This document shows positions 36,998 to 45,774 of a DNA stretch of 64,000 bases, piece by piece. Location of the stretch: positions 40,619 through 104,618 of the forward strand of contig CAYVNU010000002.1 of assembly GCA_964453265.1 (NCBI GenBank), read 5' to 3'. Made by a program: the position numbers and the translations under genes. The notes below the pieces were generated by a model that ran no database searches, had not been told where the DNA came from, and worked only from the letters and a program-made list of their open reading frames with translations. The number at the start of each line of letters is the position of its first letter. The stretch's first letter is position 1. Source of the stretch: an uncultured Candidatus Saccharibacteria bacterium. GTDB taxonomy: Bacteria; Patescibacteriota; Doudnabacteria; UBA920.

Positions 36998-37390
36998 ATG
37001 CCAAACAACCAACAAGATATAAACCAGCAAGTAGCCGAAGCGCGAGAACATTTTAACGCCGGGCTAAACTTTACTAACCAAGGTAATTATACTGAGTCTG
37101 TTAAAGAATATGAACAGGCCGCTAAAATTTTCCCTTATTTCTACGAAGCTCTGGATAATGCCGGTTTTGACAGAATGGAACTGGGAGATATTGAGGGAGC
37201 AAAAAAGAATTTTGAAGACTCGTTACAGATTGAAGCTAATAACTATACTGCGTTATGTAAGCTAGGAGAATGCCTCTTAAAACTTGGTAATAAAGAAGAA
37301 GCTAAAACTTACTTTATGAAAGCGGCAGCAGCAGCCTCTAACCCTGGTGATGCAGAATATGCCGAACTTTCTGCAGCTCAATGCGACTAA
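36998..37390 (+). CDS. Tetratricopeptide-repeat protein
   Basis: 130 aa with three TPR-like units (AxxxxxxGNYxxA patterns). Confidence 0.7.
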   Translation: MPNNQQDINQQVAEAREHFNAGLNFTNQGNYTESVKEYEQAAKIFPYFYEALDNAGFDRMELGDIEGAKKNFEDSLQIEANNYTALCKLGECLLKLGNKEEAKTYFMKAAAAASNPGDAEYAELSAAQCD

Positions 37391-37409
37391 ATTACTCAAC
37401 TTCCATCAA

Positions 37410-37520
37410 TTCATAAGACAAACGATTAAAATCCCCCACTGCCATAACGACTACCACGTCCCCTTCCTTGGTTTTTTTAAAATATCCAAGGATTCTTTTT
37501 TATTGCCAACAAGATGCATA
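37410..37520 (-). pseudogene. Remnant copy of the murC 3' end (last ~40 codons plus stop), roughly 85% identical to 38876-38983
   Basis: The minus-strand translation is LVGNKKESLDILKKTKEGDVVVVMAVGDFNRLSYELMEVE*. The murC C-terminus is ...LVHNKQEALDILKKEAKEGDVVVVMAVGDFNRLSYELNENL*. The copy is not in frame with the upstream ORF. Confidence 0.6.
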
Positions 37521-37536
37521 TTTCTTTAATTTGCAT

Positions 37537-37980
37537 TTATGCTGGGAAGTTTATAAAAATTACTTTAGGCCTTATCCCTAAAACCCTAGCTATCATTAAA
37601 CGTGTATTTCCAGCTACTTTGTGATACCTTCCATTCATCTTAAAAATAATTGGGGCTGCCATGGGAACTCCTTTCTTCATATCAGCCAATTTATTCTCCC
37701 AGCTTCTCTTATTCAACGCAGCAATTTCTTCAAGCTTTTCAACTTCACCCTCTGAAAGATCTTGGAAAGAATCTGTATTTTCTAGGACAGACCATATTTC
37801 ATCCGATAAAGTTTCGAGCTGCGCATTGTCAAACTGATTTTTAAAGGCCCACATTATTTGCTTGTATAATTCTTTATCACCTCGTGAAAACTCTTTAGCT
37901 GTACGATCAATTTCACCAAACTCATATTCTAGATTTGGCTTCTCCCATTGTTCGGGCTTTTGTTTTTCAAATTCTCTCAT
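37537..37980 (-). CDS. Hypothetical protein with a C-terminal ParB/Srx-like motif
   Basis: 147 aa. The C-terminal RYHKVAGNTRLMIARVLGIRPKVIFI resembles the ParB N-terminal domain pattern (Y.iiaGerRlrAa..lG...pviv). This is a weak call. Confidence 0.45.
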   Translation of the reverse strand: MREFEKQKPEQWEKPNLEYEFGEIDRTAKEFSRGDKELYKQIMWAFKNQFDNAQLETLSDEIWSVLENTDSFQDLSEGEVEKLEEIAALNKRSWENKLADMKKGVPMAAPIIFKMNGRYHKVAGNTRLMIARVLGIRPKVIFINFPA

Positions 37981-38028
37981 ATCAGCACTTTCGTTAATTT
38001 GTATCCAAATCTCTTTAAATTCACTACT

Positions 38029-38856
38029 TTAATTGCCATATAATTTAATAGCCTCATTAAGACCAAAAGCCATTTTCGTTAGTTTACCCATTTCTAAAGC
38101 TGAATCTTTCAATTTTTTTGGATTTGACTCAACTCTATCCCAAATACTACTTTTGGCGGGAAATATGTTATAAATTCTCTTAGAGTCAAACGAATTTAAA
38201 ATTGTCTTTGCACACTCATACTGTTCAAATTCATTATACACAATTAAAATATCTGTGGCTGCGGTTTTTAAAACATGCGTAACATGTTCAATGGTTTGAG
38301 AGTCCCTGGCAATAGGGTCTTTAAATTTTTCTGTACCTATCTTAACATACCCAGGAGCAAAAAATGGCGCGGAAGCTGCTGCTTTAAAAAGTTTTACATA
38401 GTCTATTTCTTTAAAATTGTGAACTTCTAAATATTCGTCTAGATTTTTTGTTAAATTATTTAAACGCAAATATAGTTTAGTTGACTGATCTAGTATATTA
38501 CTTACATTCACATTTTTTTGCTTTTGCAAAACACTAATTAAATAATCTGAATCAATTAACTTCCAAAATCTAAAAGGATTAAAAAACTTTTTTGAACATA
38601 AATCCTCATAATACACACTAACATTTTTTAAACCATCACCGGACAAAAAACTTGAAGCATTAAAGAACCCTGATGAAATTGTATATATAGAGTCAAAAGC
38701 TTGCCCAAAGCCCATTTCAAGCAAAGCTGCCATAGCTCCTGCGCTTCTAACCCCACTCATAAATCCGCCAAAATTTACTAAGGCAATCGTTAGACCATCT
38801 TTAGTAGGAACTTTTTTATTTTTTCTTGCAAAAATATGTCCGAGTACTGGGTGCAT
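38029..38856 (-). CDS. Patatin-like phospholipase paralogue; the active-site motifs are partly degenerate
   Basis: The glycine-rich LVNFGGFMSGVRSAG stretch sits where the oxyanion motif falls. TISSG replaces GxSxG. No clear DGG motif is present. Confidence 0.55.
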   Translation of the reverse strand: MHPVLGHIFARKNKKVPTKDGLTIALVNFGGFMSGVRSAGAMAALLEMGFGQAFDSIYTISSGFFNASSFLSGDGLKNVSVYYEDLCSKKFFNPFRFWKLIDSDYLISVLQKQKNVNVSNILDQSTKLYLRLNNLTKNLDEYLEVHNFKEIDYVKLFKAAASAPFFAPGYVKIGTEKFKDPIARDSQTIEHVTHVLKTAATDILIVYNEFEQYECAKTILNSFDSKRIYNIFPAKSSIWDRVESNPKKLKDSALEMGKLTKMAFGLNEAIKLYGN

Positions 38857-40347
38857 TTATAAATTTTCGTTTAGTTCATAACTTAGTCTGTTAAAGTCCC
38901 CCACTGCCATAACAACCACCACATCCCCTTCCTTGGCTTCTTTTTTTAAAATATCCAAGGCTTCTTGTTTGTTATGAACAAGTCGAACTTGATTTTTGTT
39001 ACTTGATTCTTGTTTCTTAATTTCTTTAATTACATCGGAAGAAGATATAGTGGCTTCTGATATTTTCTCGCGCGCGGGATAGATTTCGGAAATTAAAATT
39101 TCATCGGCAGCATCAAAAGCTTTAACTAAGTCAGGCAAAGTGGCTTTTGTCCGACTAAATGTATGCGGCTCAAAAACGGCCCACAACTTAGGTGTTAGGT
39201 TAGAGCTGTTAGGTTTTAGATTAGAAAAATACTTAAGACGAGCTGCTTCTAGTGTTTCGCGCACAGCGGTTGGGTGGTGAGCGTAATCGTCTATAATAGT
39301 CACGCCATTTTTTACACCCACAACTTCAAAGCGCCTCTTAAGGCCGGTAAAACTAATTAAGTCCAATAAAAACTGCTGCGGCTGAAAACCCAGTGCTCTG
39401 AGTGTAGCCACAGAAGCCAAAACATTGTAAACATTCAATTTTCCGGGCAGCTGGATTTTATACTCTTCAGTTTGACCAAGCAGCTGAGCGTTTAAATTTT
39501 TTGAAAATTTATTTATTACTTCAAAGTTTGTATATTGCCCGTATTGAATATTTTCAACTTTAAAATCAGCGTTATTATCTACTCCAAAACTTACTGAGGA
39601 CAGATTAGATTCGTGAACCAATCTAACTAAATTAGAATTATCCGCGTTGTAAACAATCAATCCATCTTCAGGCATTGCCGCAATTAACTGTCTAAATTCA
39701 TCTTCAAGCTCCTCTAAACTAGAAAAAATATCCGGGTGGTCGTATTCCAAGTTTGTTAGAACCAAAATGTCGGGTTTATAAAAATGAAATTTCGGGGTCG
39801 GATCGTCAAACTGTTCTTTGTATTCATCGCCCTCAAAAACAAAATAATTACCGTCGCCGGAATAAAAGTTTAAATTATAATTTTTTAAAACACCACCGGC
39901 CATAAAAGAACTATTATCCAAATTCTTCAGCAAATGACCAAGTAATGCTGTTGTTGTGGATTTCCCGTGAGTACCGGCAACAACAATTCTCAATTTGTCT
40001 TTACTTAAAAAATACAAATATTCAGCCAGGCCACAGCGAGTCAAATTGTTTTTTAAAATATAATCAACTTCCGGGTTTGTAAAACTTTCACCAGCAGATA
40101 TAACATACAAATCCGCGTGAGAGTTTTTAACCTGCTCTGAATCATAACCAACAAAATATTTTATTTGGTTTTTATCTAAAACATCTTTTGCCGGAGAATA
40201 AACACTTTTACTGTCGCTACCTAAAACTTCAAAACCCGCTTCTGAGGCTAAGTTAGCCGCTGCAGACATAGCAATACCGCCTATGCCCACAAAATATATT
40301 TTGGCGCCGGGAACAAGAATATTTTCTAAATCTAAGTTTGTATCCAT
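38857..40347 (-). CDS. murC: UDP-N-acetylmuramate--L-alanine ligase MurC (an Mpl-type ligase is not excluded)
   Basis: FVGIGGIAMS N-terminus, the P-loop VAGTHGKSTTT, and NLEYDHPDIF. Confidence 0.85.
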   Translation of the reverse strand: MDTNLDLENILVPGAKIYFVGIGGIAMSAAANLASEAGFEVLGSDSKSVYSPAKDVLDKNQIKYFVGYDSEQVKNSHADLYVISAGESFTNPEVDYILKNNLTRCGLAEYLYFLSKDKLRIVVAGTHGKSTTTALLGHLLKNLDNSSFMAGGVLKNYNLNFYSGDGNYFVFEGDEYKEQFDDPTPKFHFYKPDILVLTNLEYDHPDIFSSLEELEDEFRQLIAAMPEDGLIVYNADNSNLVRLVHESNLSSVSFGVDNNADFKVENIQYGQYTNFEVINKFSKNLNAQLLGQTEEYKIQLPGKLNVYNVLASVATLRALGFQPQQFLLDLISFTGLKRRFEVVGVKNGVTIIDDYAHHPTAVRETLEAARLKYFSNLKPNSSNLTPKLWAVFEPHTFSRTKATLPDLVKAFDAADEILISEIYPAREKISEATISSSDVIKEIKKQESSNKNQVRLVHNKQEALDILKKEAKEGDVVVVMAVGDFNRLSYELNENL

Positions 40348-40349
40348 AA

Positions 40350-41270
40350 TTATTTTTTCTCCTTTAACAAACTTTTAATTTTTGGCAAATAATTAAGCGC
40401 GTTCTGCCTGCCTAAATTATAATAATACAGCATAGCTTCTTCTGAAAGTTCTGTTCTGTTTAATTTAGGAATAATCGGGGTAATTAGTAAATCACATTTT
40501 TCTTTCGGTTTTAAAGCTGCTTTGTTAGCTAAGATAGCTAAATCCATACTCTTACCTAAAACCGTAAAAATATTTGGCGCGTGATGCGTCTGCTGATCAT
40601 CCTCGTTAGAAAATACCCCGTTTAGTAATTCACCAATTTGGTCAAAAAATAATATTTTTTTAAAAAAATTCAGGGTTTTTCTGAAATTAATCTGCCCCTC
40701 CGTAAAAATATGCTTAGTTCCTCTCATATTAATTCCAACCGTAACATCGGGCTGAAATTTTTTTAAAGACGAAACGGGAACCTGAGAAAGCAATCCTCCA
40801 TCTACTAAAATTTTATTTCCCCACATGACCGGTTCAAATATGCCGGGCAGAGTACAGGAAACAATTGCGGCTTTGGCAATATCTCCCATGCACATATCAA
40901 CCAAATTACCCGACTCAATATCAACTCCCACGAAAGACATAATTGGCCTAACTTCTTCGAAGTTTTTACCTTGGGTTAAATTTCTTAATTGTTCTTCCGC
41001 CGGATCTAGACTGTAGAGCCCTCCATGGCCAACGCTTTTCCCAATAAATTGCTTTATATTATTCTTATTTATTTTTAAAGTAATTTCTTTGAGTTTTTCT
41101 AAAGCCCCACAAGCATAAGCAGCTGCGGCCAAAGAACCCCCGGACATAGCCGTAATATAATCTACCCGCACACCAGCTTCCTTTAAAACCTCCAAAAAAC
41201 CAATATAAAAAGTAGTGCGATTACCGCTTCCGCTTAATGCCAAACCTAAAGTTAATTTCTGCTCATCCAT
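40350..41270 (-). CDS. Patatin-like phospholipase
   Basis: GSGNRT oxyanion motif, AMSGGS nucleophile elbow and the VDGG Asp motif. Confidence 0.8.
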   Translation of the reverse strand: MDEQKLTLGLALSGSGNRTTFYIGFLEVLKEAGVRVDYITAMSGGSLAAAAYACGALEKLKEITLKINKNNIKQFIGKSVGHGGLYSLDPAEEQLRNLTQGKNFEEVRPIMSFVGVDIESGNLVDMCMGDIAKAAIVSCTLPGIFEPVMWGNKILVDGGLLSQVPVSSLKKFQPDVTVGINMRGTKHIFTEGQINFRKTLNFFKKILFFDQIGELLNGVFSNEDDQQTHHAPNIFTVLGKSMDLAILANKAALKPKEKCDLLITPIIPKLNRTELSEEAMLYYYNLGRQNALNYLPKIKSLLKEKK

Positions 41271-42358
41271 TAGTCTGCTAATTTAATAATAATATTTGCG
41301 ATTTTTTCATCGGAATTTTTTGGCATAATTTTCTTTATATTTTTTGCTAAATCATTTTGCAAATTCTGATTAAATAAAATTTTACGGAGAATAACCGGAA
41401 AATTATTTTCATTTAAGTTTTTTTGGGAAATAACCAAAGCGGCATTTTCTTTCATTAAAGCCACGGCATTATACTCTTGATGCGAGTTGGGCATAGGAAC
41501 TATTATACTGATTTTCCCCAAATTTGACAATTCGGTTAAAGTTGAAAGTCCGGCCCTGCAAACTACAAAATCCGCAGCTGCGTAAGCTTCGCCCATATTG
41601 GCAATAAATGAAAAAGCCTTATAACGCTCTTTTTGAGCTTCCTTAACACTCTTACCATAGCCTTCTAAGTGCAAAATTTGAACGAACTGAGTTAACTGTT
41701 TTTTGCATTTTATTATAAGTGAGTTTAAAAATTCTGAACCTGTTCCGCCGCCTAAAACCAGTAAGGTTGGAAAGTTTTTTTCAAACCCGAAATTTTCAAG
41801 CGCCTGATTCTTTGAAAAATTTAAAAGTTTTTTTCTAAAAGGATTGCCGGTTAAAACTGTTTTTTGTTCATAACTTTTATAAAAAAAGCCGAAACCGGAA
41901 TTAAAATCTTTCAAAGATTCTTCGAATGTTACCGTGATTTTATTTGCCGGTATTTGGCATAATTTATTAGCCAAACTAGGGACAATGTCTTGTTGGTGAA
42001 TAACGCAAGGTATTTTAAAAAACCATGCGGCCCATATAACCGGCACCTGTACAAAACTGCCTGTCCCAAATACACACCTCGGCTTAAATTCTTTTAAAAT
42101 ACTAATTGCTTGAAAAAAACCTACCAATATAAAAAAAGGACTAAAAAAATTCTTAACACTAAAATATCGGCGAAATTTTCCAGCTGAAATTGCAACAAAA
42201 TTTATATTTGCTTCTTCAGCCATTTTTCTTTCTGGCCCATTTTTTGTTCCAACAAAAAGAAAAATTGAACCGGGTTTCTTTTCTTTTATACTATCGGCGA
42301 CTGACAATAGAGGACTAACACTCCCCCCACTCCCGCCACCTACCAATAAAATTTTCAT
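41270..42358 (-). CDS. murG: Undecaprenyldiphospho-muramoylpentapeptide beta-N-acetylglucosaminyltransferase MurG
   Basis: N-terminal GGSGG glycine-rich loop (LVGGGSGGSV) and a GT28 fold; 362 aa. Confidence 0.85.
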   Translation of the reverse strand: MKILLVGGGSGGSVSPLLSVADSIKEKKPGSIFLFVGTKNGPERKMAEEANINFVAISAGKFRRYFSVKNFFSPFFILVGFFQAISILKEFKPRCVFGTGSFVQVPVIWAAWFFKIPCVIHQQDIVPSLANKLCQIPANKITVTFEESLKDFNSGFGFFYKSYEQKTVLTGNPFRKKLLNFSKNQALENFGFEKNFPTLLVLGGGTGSEFLNSLIIKCKKQLTQFVQILHLEGYGKSVKEAQKERYKAFSFIANMGEAYAAADFVVCRAGLSTLTELSNLGKISIIVPMPNSHQEYNAVALMKENAALVISQKNLNENNFPVILRKILFNQNLQNDLAKNIKKIMPKNSDEKIANIIIKLAD

Positions 42359-43494
42359 TTATTCAGCAATGTTATTTGGTTATAAATTTCTATAGTCTTT
42401 TTGGCGCAACTCTGCCAGCTAAACATCTCGGAGCGTTTTAAACTTTTTTTTGAAAGTTCTTCATAGTATTGCTTGTCATTTGCCAATAAAAATAATTTTT
42501 CCGCTATGTCAGTTGTATCTAAAGGATTAAAATACACAGCGGAATTATCATAAACTTCATTAAAAGTTTTTATGTTGGATACCGCCAAAGGCAATCCGAA
42601 TTTCATTGCTTCAACACCGGGCAAACCAAAACCTTCATGCAAAGACGAGGATACAAAAGCAAAGGCTCCTTTATATAATGCGGGCAAATCCTCGTCTTCC
42701 ACAAAATCTGTAAATACTACGCGGTTATTATTTTTTATGTCTAATGCTTTATGTTTTATTTCCGGATAATGTTTATCTACCGGTCCGGCTATTACCAAAT
42801 CCATATCTAACTTATATTTTTCTAAAAATTCATTAAATCCTCTAGTTAAACTTACTATATTTTTTTTTCGTTCAAGGACACCCACAAACAAAAAGTAAGG
42901 CTTACTTAACAAATATTTCTCTTTAACTTCATCAAGTTTTTCAGACTCTACTTCTGGATTTAAAGACGAACCCTCATAAACAACTTCAACTTTTCTTGCT
43001 TGAACCTGTAGAAAGTTAATAATATCATTTTTTGAATTTTGAGAAACAGTTATTACGGCCCTGGCTTTTTTTGCAGCGGTTTCTATGACTTTTTTATAGG
43101 CTAAAAAGTGCAATAAATGGCTTTTTTTATTCCCACTAATTTTATGATGTACCATGTCATGAATTGTAACCACGTAAGGTTTTTTATAGAAAACAGGTAA
43201 GTTAAAATTCATAAAATGAATTAAATCTAAATTTAACTTATTTAGCTGTTTTAAAAATGCTGTTTGTTCGCTAAATGAATAATGTCTACTACTTGTCTGC
43301 ACAAATACAATATTTGGCGTTGAATTTAATAATTCAGCCAACCTTTCTTGTGCTATATTATTTTGATTAAAAATCACATAATACTCGTGCTCCGAATTCA
43401 AACTAAAAATATTCTTTACCAACTGCAAAGAATAACGGCCAATACCGCTTTGAATTTCACTAACCATTCTTAAATCAAGTCCAATTCGTGCCAC
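42355..43494 (-). CDS. Glycosyltransferase family 4 (GT-B, retaining)
   Basis: C-terminal E-x7-E region (EGFGLPGVEAM). Confidence 0.8.
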   Translation of the reverse strand: MARIGLDLRMVSEIQSGIGRYSLQLVKNIFSLNSEHEYYVIFNQNNIAQERLAELLNSTPNIVFVQTSSRHYSFSEQTAFLKQLNKLNLDLIHFMNFNLPVFYKKPYVVTIHDMVHHKISGNKKSHLLHFLAYKKVIETAAKKARAVITVSQNSKNDIINFLQVQARKVEVVYEGSSLNPEVESEKLDEVKEKYLLSKPYFLFVGVLERKKNIVSLTRGFNEFLEKYKLDMDLVIAGPVDKHYPEIKHKALDIKNNNRVVFTDFVEDEDLPALYKGAFAFVSSSLHEGFGLPGVEAMKFGLPLAVSNIKTFNEVYDNSAVYFNPLDTTDIAEKLFLLANDKQYYEELSKKSLKRSEMFSWQSCAKKTIEIYNQITLLNK

Positions 43495-43498
43495 TTTT

Positions 43499-44614
43499 TT
43501 ATGAATTAATATTATTAATAATATCTTTAGCTGTTTGCTGCCAAGTCAATTTTTCCGCAACTTTAGCTGCATTTTTTGTTAATTCTAGGCAAAGCCCCTT
43601 ATTACTCAACATAAGCGAAATTGAATCGCTAATTTCGTTTATATTATACGGATTAACAAGCATCCCGCCATTTTCAATTATTTCCGGTAGTGAAGTAACG
43701 TTACTAACTAAAACAGGAGTGCCACATGCCGCAGCTTCCATAGGCTGAAAACCAAAACCTTCATAATAAGAAGGGTAAGCCAATATTTGAGCCAACTTAA
43801 TAATAGCAGGTTTATCATTTTGAGGAACATACCCTAAATATTTTATTTTGTGTTTTTTAGGGCTGGCGTTAATAGCATTAAATACCTCGGAATACTTCCA
43901 GCCTTTCCTGCCGGCAATTACTAATGAACAAGGCAATTTAAGATTTTCAAACGCTTTAATTAAACTTAATAAATTTTTTCTGGGCTCTATTGTGTTCAAA
44001 AATAAAATATAATTACCAGGTAAGCCGTATTTATTTCGTGTTTGCCTTAATTTTTCCGAAGAAATTTCTGAATTAAATAATTTTTTATCAATACCCGGAT
44101 AAACTACCTGAATTTTATTTGGGTCTAGCGAAAAAACTTTAATTAAATCTGATTTTGTATATTCTGAGACGGCAAAAATTTTATCAGCTCTCGCGAACGC
44201 ATTTTTATAGTTTAAAAATTTATGCCACAATTGCCTTTTTAGGTCGTAAAATTCCGGCGTAATAACCGGAGACAAGTCATGTACTGTTAAAAACAGTTTG
44301 GCTTTTTTGGAAATATTGAATTGATTTAAATTAGGCATATACAATACATCAAAGTCGCCAATTAATTTTTCCAAGGTCAAAAGTTTTAATTTAAAAAGCA
44401 AATTTAAAAGTTTATTTGGCCAACGAGTTATTTTAATTTTTGCATTTATGTAATGAAACTCGGGCAACTCTGTCTTATAAAATGAATTAAAAAACAGCGT
44501 ATAGGAATTATTCCTATCTTGTTTTAACATATTGTCCAGCAGGTTTAAGGTATAATTCTCCACGCCCGAAACGCTGCCGGAAGATAAACTTCTTAAATCA
44601 ATCGCGATTTTCAT
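43499..44614 (-). CDS. Glycosyltransferase family 4
   Basis: EGFGFQPMEAAACGTPV motif. Confidence 0.8.
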   Translation of the reverse strand: MKIAIDLRSLSSGSVSGVENYTLNLLDNMLKQDRNNSYTLFFNSFYKTELPEFHYINAKIKITRWPNKLLNLLFKLKLLTLEKLIGDFDVLYMPNLNQFNISKKAKLFLTVHDLSPVITPEFYDLKRQLWHKFLNYKNAFARADKIFAVSEYTKSDLIKVFSLDPNKIQVVYPGIDKKLFNSEISSEKLRQTRNKYGLPGNYILFLNTIEPRKNLLSLIKAFENLKLPCSLVIAGRKGWKYSEVFNAINASPKKHKIKYLGYVPQNDKPAIIKLAQILAYPSYYEGFGFQPMEAAACGTPVLVSNVTSLPEIIENGGMLVNPYNINEISDSISLMLSNKGLCLELTKNAAKVAEKLTWQQTAKDIINNINS

Positions 44615-45677
44615 ATTTAATACTATCTCTAATAGAATTTTTAAACTTTTCCTTGCTAAATTTTACAGATTGTTGCTTTAAACCATTCAAACTAAATTTT
44701 TCCACTTCCCAGTTTAAAATAAGCTTTTTAATTTTTTCTTTGTCATAATTTTCAAACAACTCCCCAGTTACGCCGGGTACAACTGTTTCTAAAGCTCCGC
44801 CTTTGGCGTAAGCTAAAGTGGCCGTTCCGCAAGCAGCCGCCTCTAGCGGCATAAGGCCAAAATCTTCAACCTGGGGGTAAATAAAGCCTAAGGCTCCACT
44901 ATATTCGTCCCTGAGCTTAGCATCATCCACCGCTCCTAAAAATAGAATATTTGGCTTTGCAATTCCTCTTAAATACTCCGCTTGCCTGCCGGTGCCAACC
45001 ACATGAAGTAGCAAGCCAAGTTCATTAAATATTTCCACTATAAGTTCGTTATTTTTATGCGGCTGAAGTCGTCCGGCAATTAAAAAGTAATCCTGTTTTT
45101 CTACGGTTTTCTGCCAAAAATTAACATCGACACCCGGGTACACTACCGTACTAGTACACTGATAAACAGATAAAATGCGTTTTTGGACTTCTATTGAATT
45201 AGCAATAAATTGTGTAACGCGCTTTGACCCCGCCAAATCCCACTTGCGCATTTTACTAAGAAGATATTTTACAAATGGTCTTAATAAAAAAGGCACTTCT
45301 TGCTTTACGTAATTTTTATCTATCCACAAAAATCTGGGCGGCGTGTGACAATAGCAAATATGTTTAACGGTTTTAGGAACACGAATATTTTTTACAAACC
45401 CAGAACTGGACGAAATAACAACATCAAAGCCGCTAAAATCTAATTGGTCAACAGCCCAAGGTATCCAGGGCAAAAGGTATTGAAACTTGCCCAAGGCTAA
45501 ATACAAAGTCTGCAGCGGCGAAGTTCGAATGTCCCAAGTCTTATATTTTTCCTTAAACTTTGGATCAAAAACCAAAGTAAAAACAGGCGCGCCTGGAAAA
45601 AGTTCGTGGAGATGTTCAACCACGCGCTCCGCTCCTCCCATTTGAGTAAAACTGTCATGGACAATAGCAATTTTCAT
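44598..45677 (-). CDS. Glycosyltransferase family 4
   Basis: FGLMPLEAAACGT motif. Overlaps the downstream GT gene by 17 nt. Confidence 0.8.
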   Translation of the reverse strand: MKIAIVHDSFTQMGGAERVVEHLHELFPGAPVFTLVFDPKFKEKYKTWDIRTSPLQTLYLALGKFQYLLPWIPWAVDQLDFSGFDVVISSSSGFVKNIRVPKTVKHICYCHTPPRFLWIDKNYVKQEVPFLLRPFVKYLLSKMRKWDLAGSKRVTQFIANSIEVQKRILSVYQCTSTVVYPGVDVNFWQKTVEKQDYFLIAGRLQPHKNNELIVEIFNELGLLLHVVGTGRQAEYLRGIAKPNILFLGAVDDAKLRDEYSGALGFIYPQVEDFGLMPLEAAACGTATLAYAKGGALETVVPGVTGELFENYDKEKIKKLILNWEVEKFSLNGLKQQSVKFSKEKFKNSIRDSIKYENRD

Positions 45678-45681
45678 AGAT

Positions 45682-45773
45682 TTACGAAATACGAAATATT
45701 ACGAACTTACGAATCGCAAGTTTGAGCGACGAATTAATATTCGTACGTTCGTACTGATTCGTACTTCGTAAAT
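45682..45773. promoter_or_regulatory. 92-bp inverted array: four TACGAA repeats, a 13-bp centre, then four TTCGTA repeats with the same 2/4/2 spacing
   Basis: ttacgaaatacgaaatattacgaacttacgaatcg...cgaattaatattcgtacgttcgtactgattcgtacttcgtaa. Fills the whole gap between the sugar transferase stop and the GT4 start. Confidence 0.5.
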
Positions 45774-45774
45774 T

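Noticed and set aside
37347-37529. 60-aa ORF on the plus strand
   Set aside because: It is antisense to the murC 3'-end remnant, which is itself explained by the duplication. There is no support for coding.
38029-41270. Recent tandem duplication of a patatin+murC unit as the explanation for the two patatin genes
   Set aside because: The two patatin-like proteins are highly diverged at the protein level. The murC-end DNA repeat, by contrast, is about 85% identical. The DNA repeat is therefore recent and the paralogy is old, so they are separate events.
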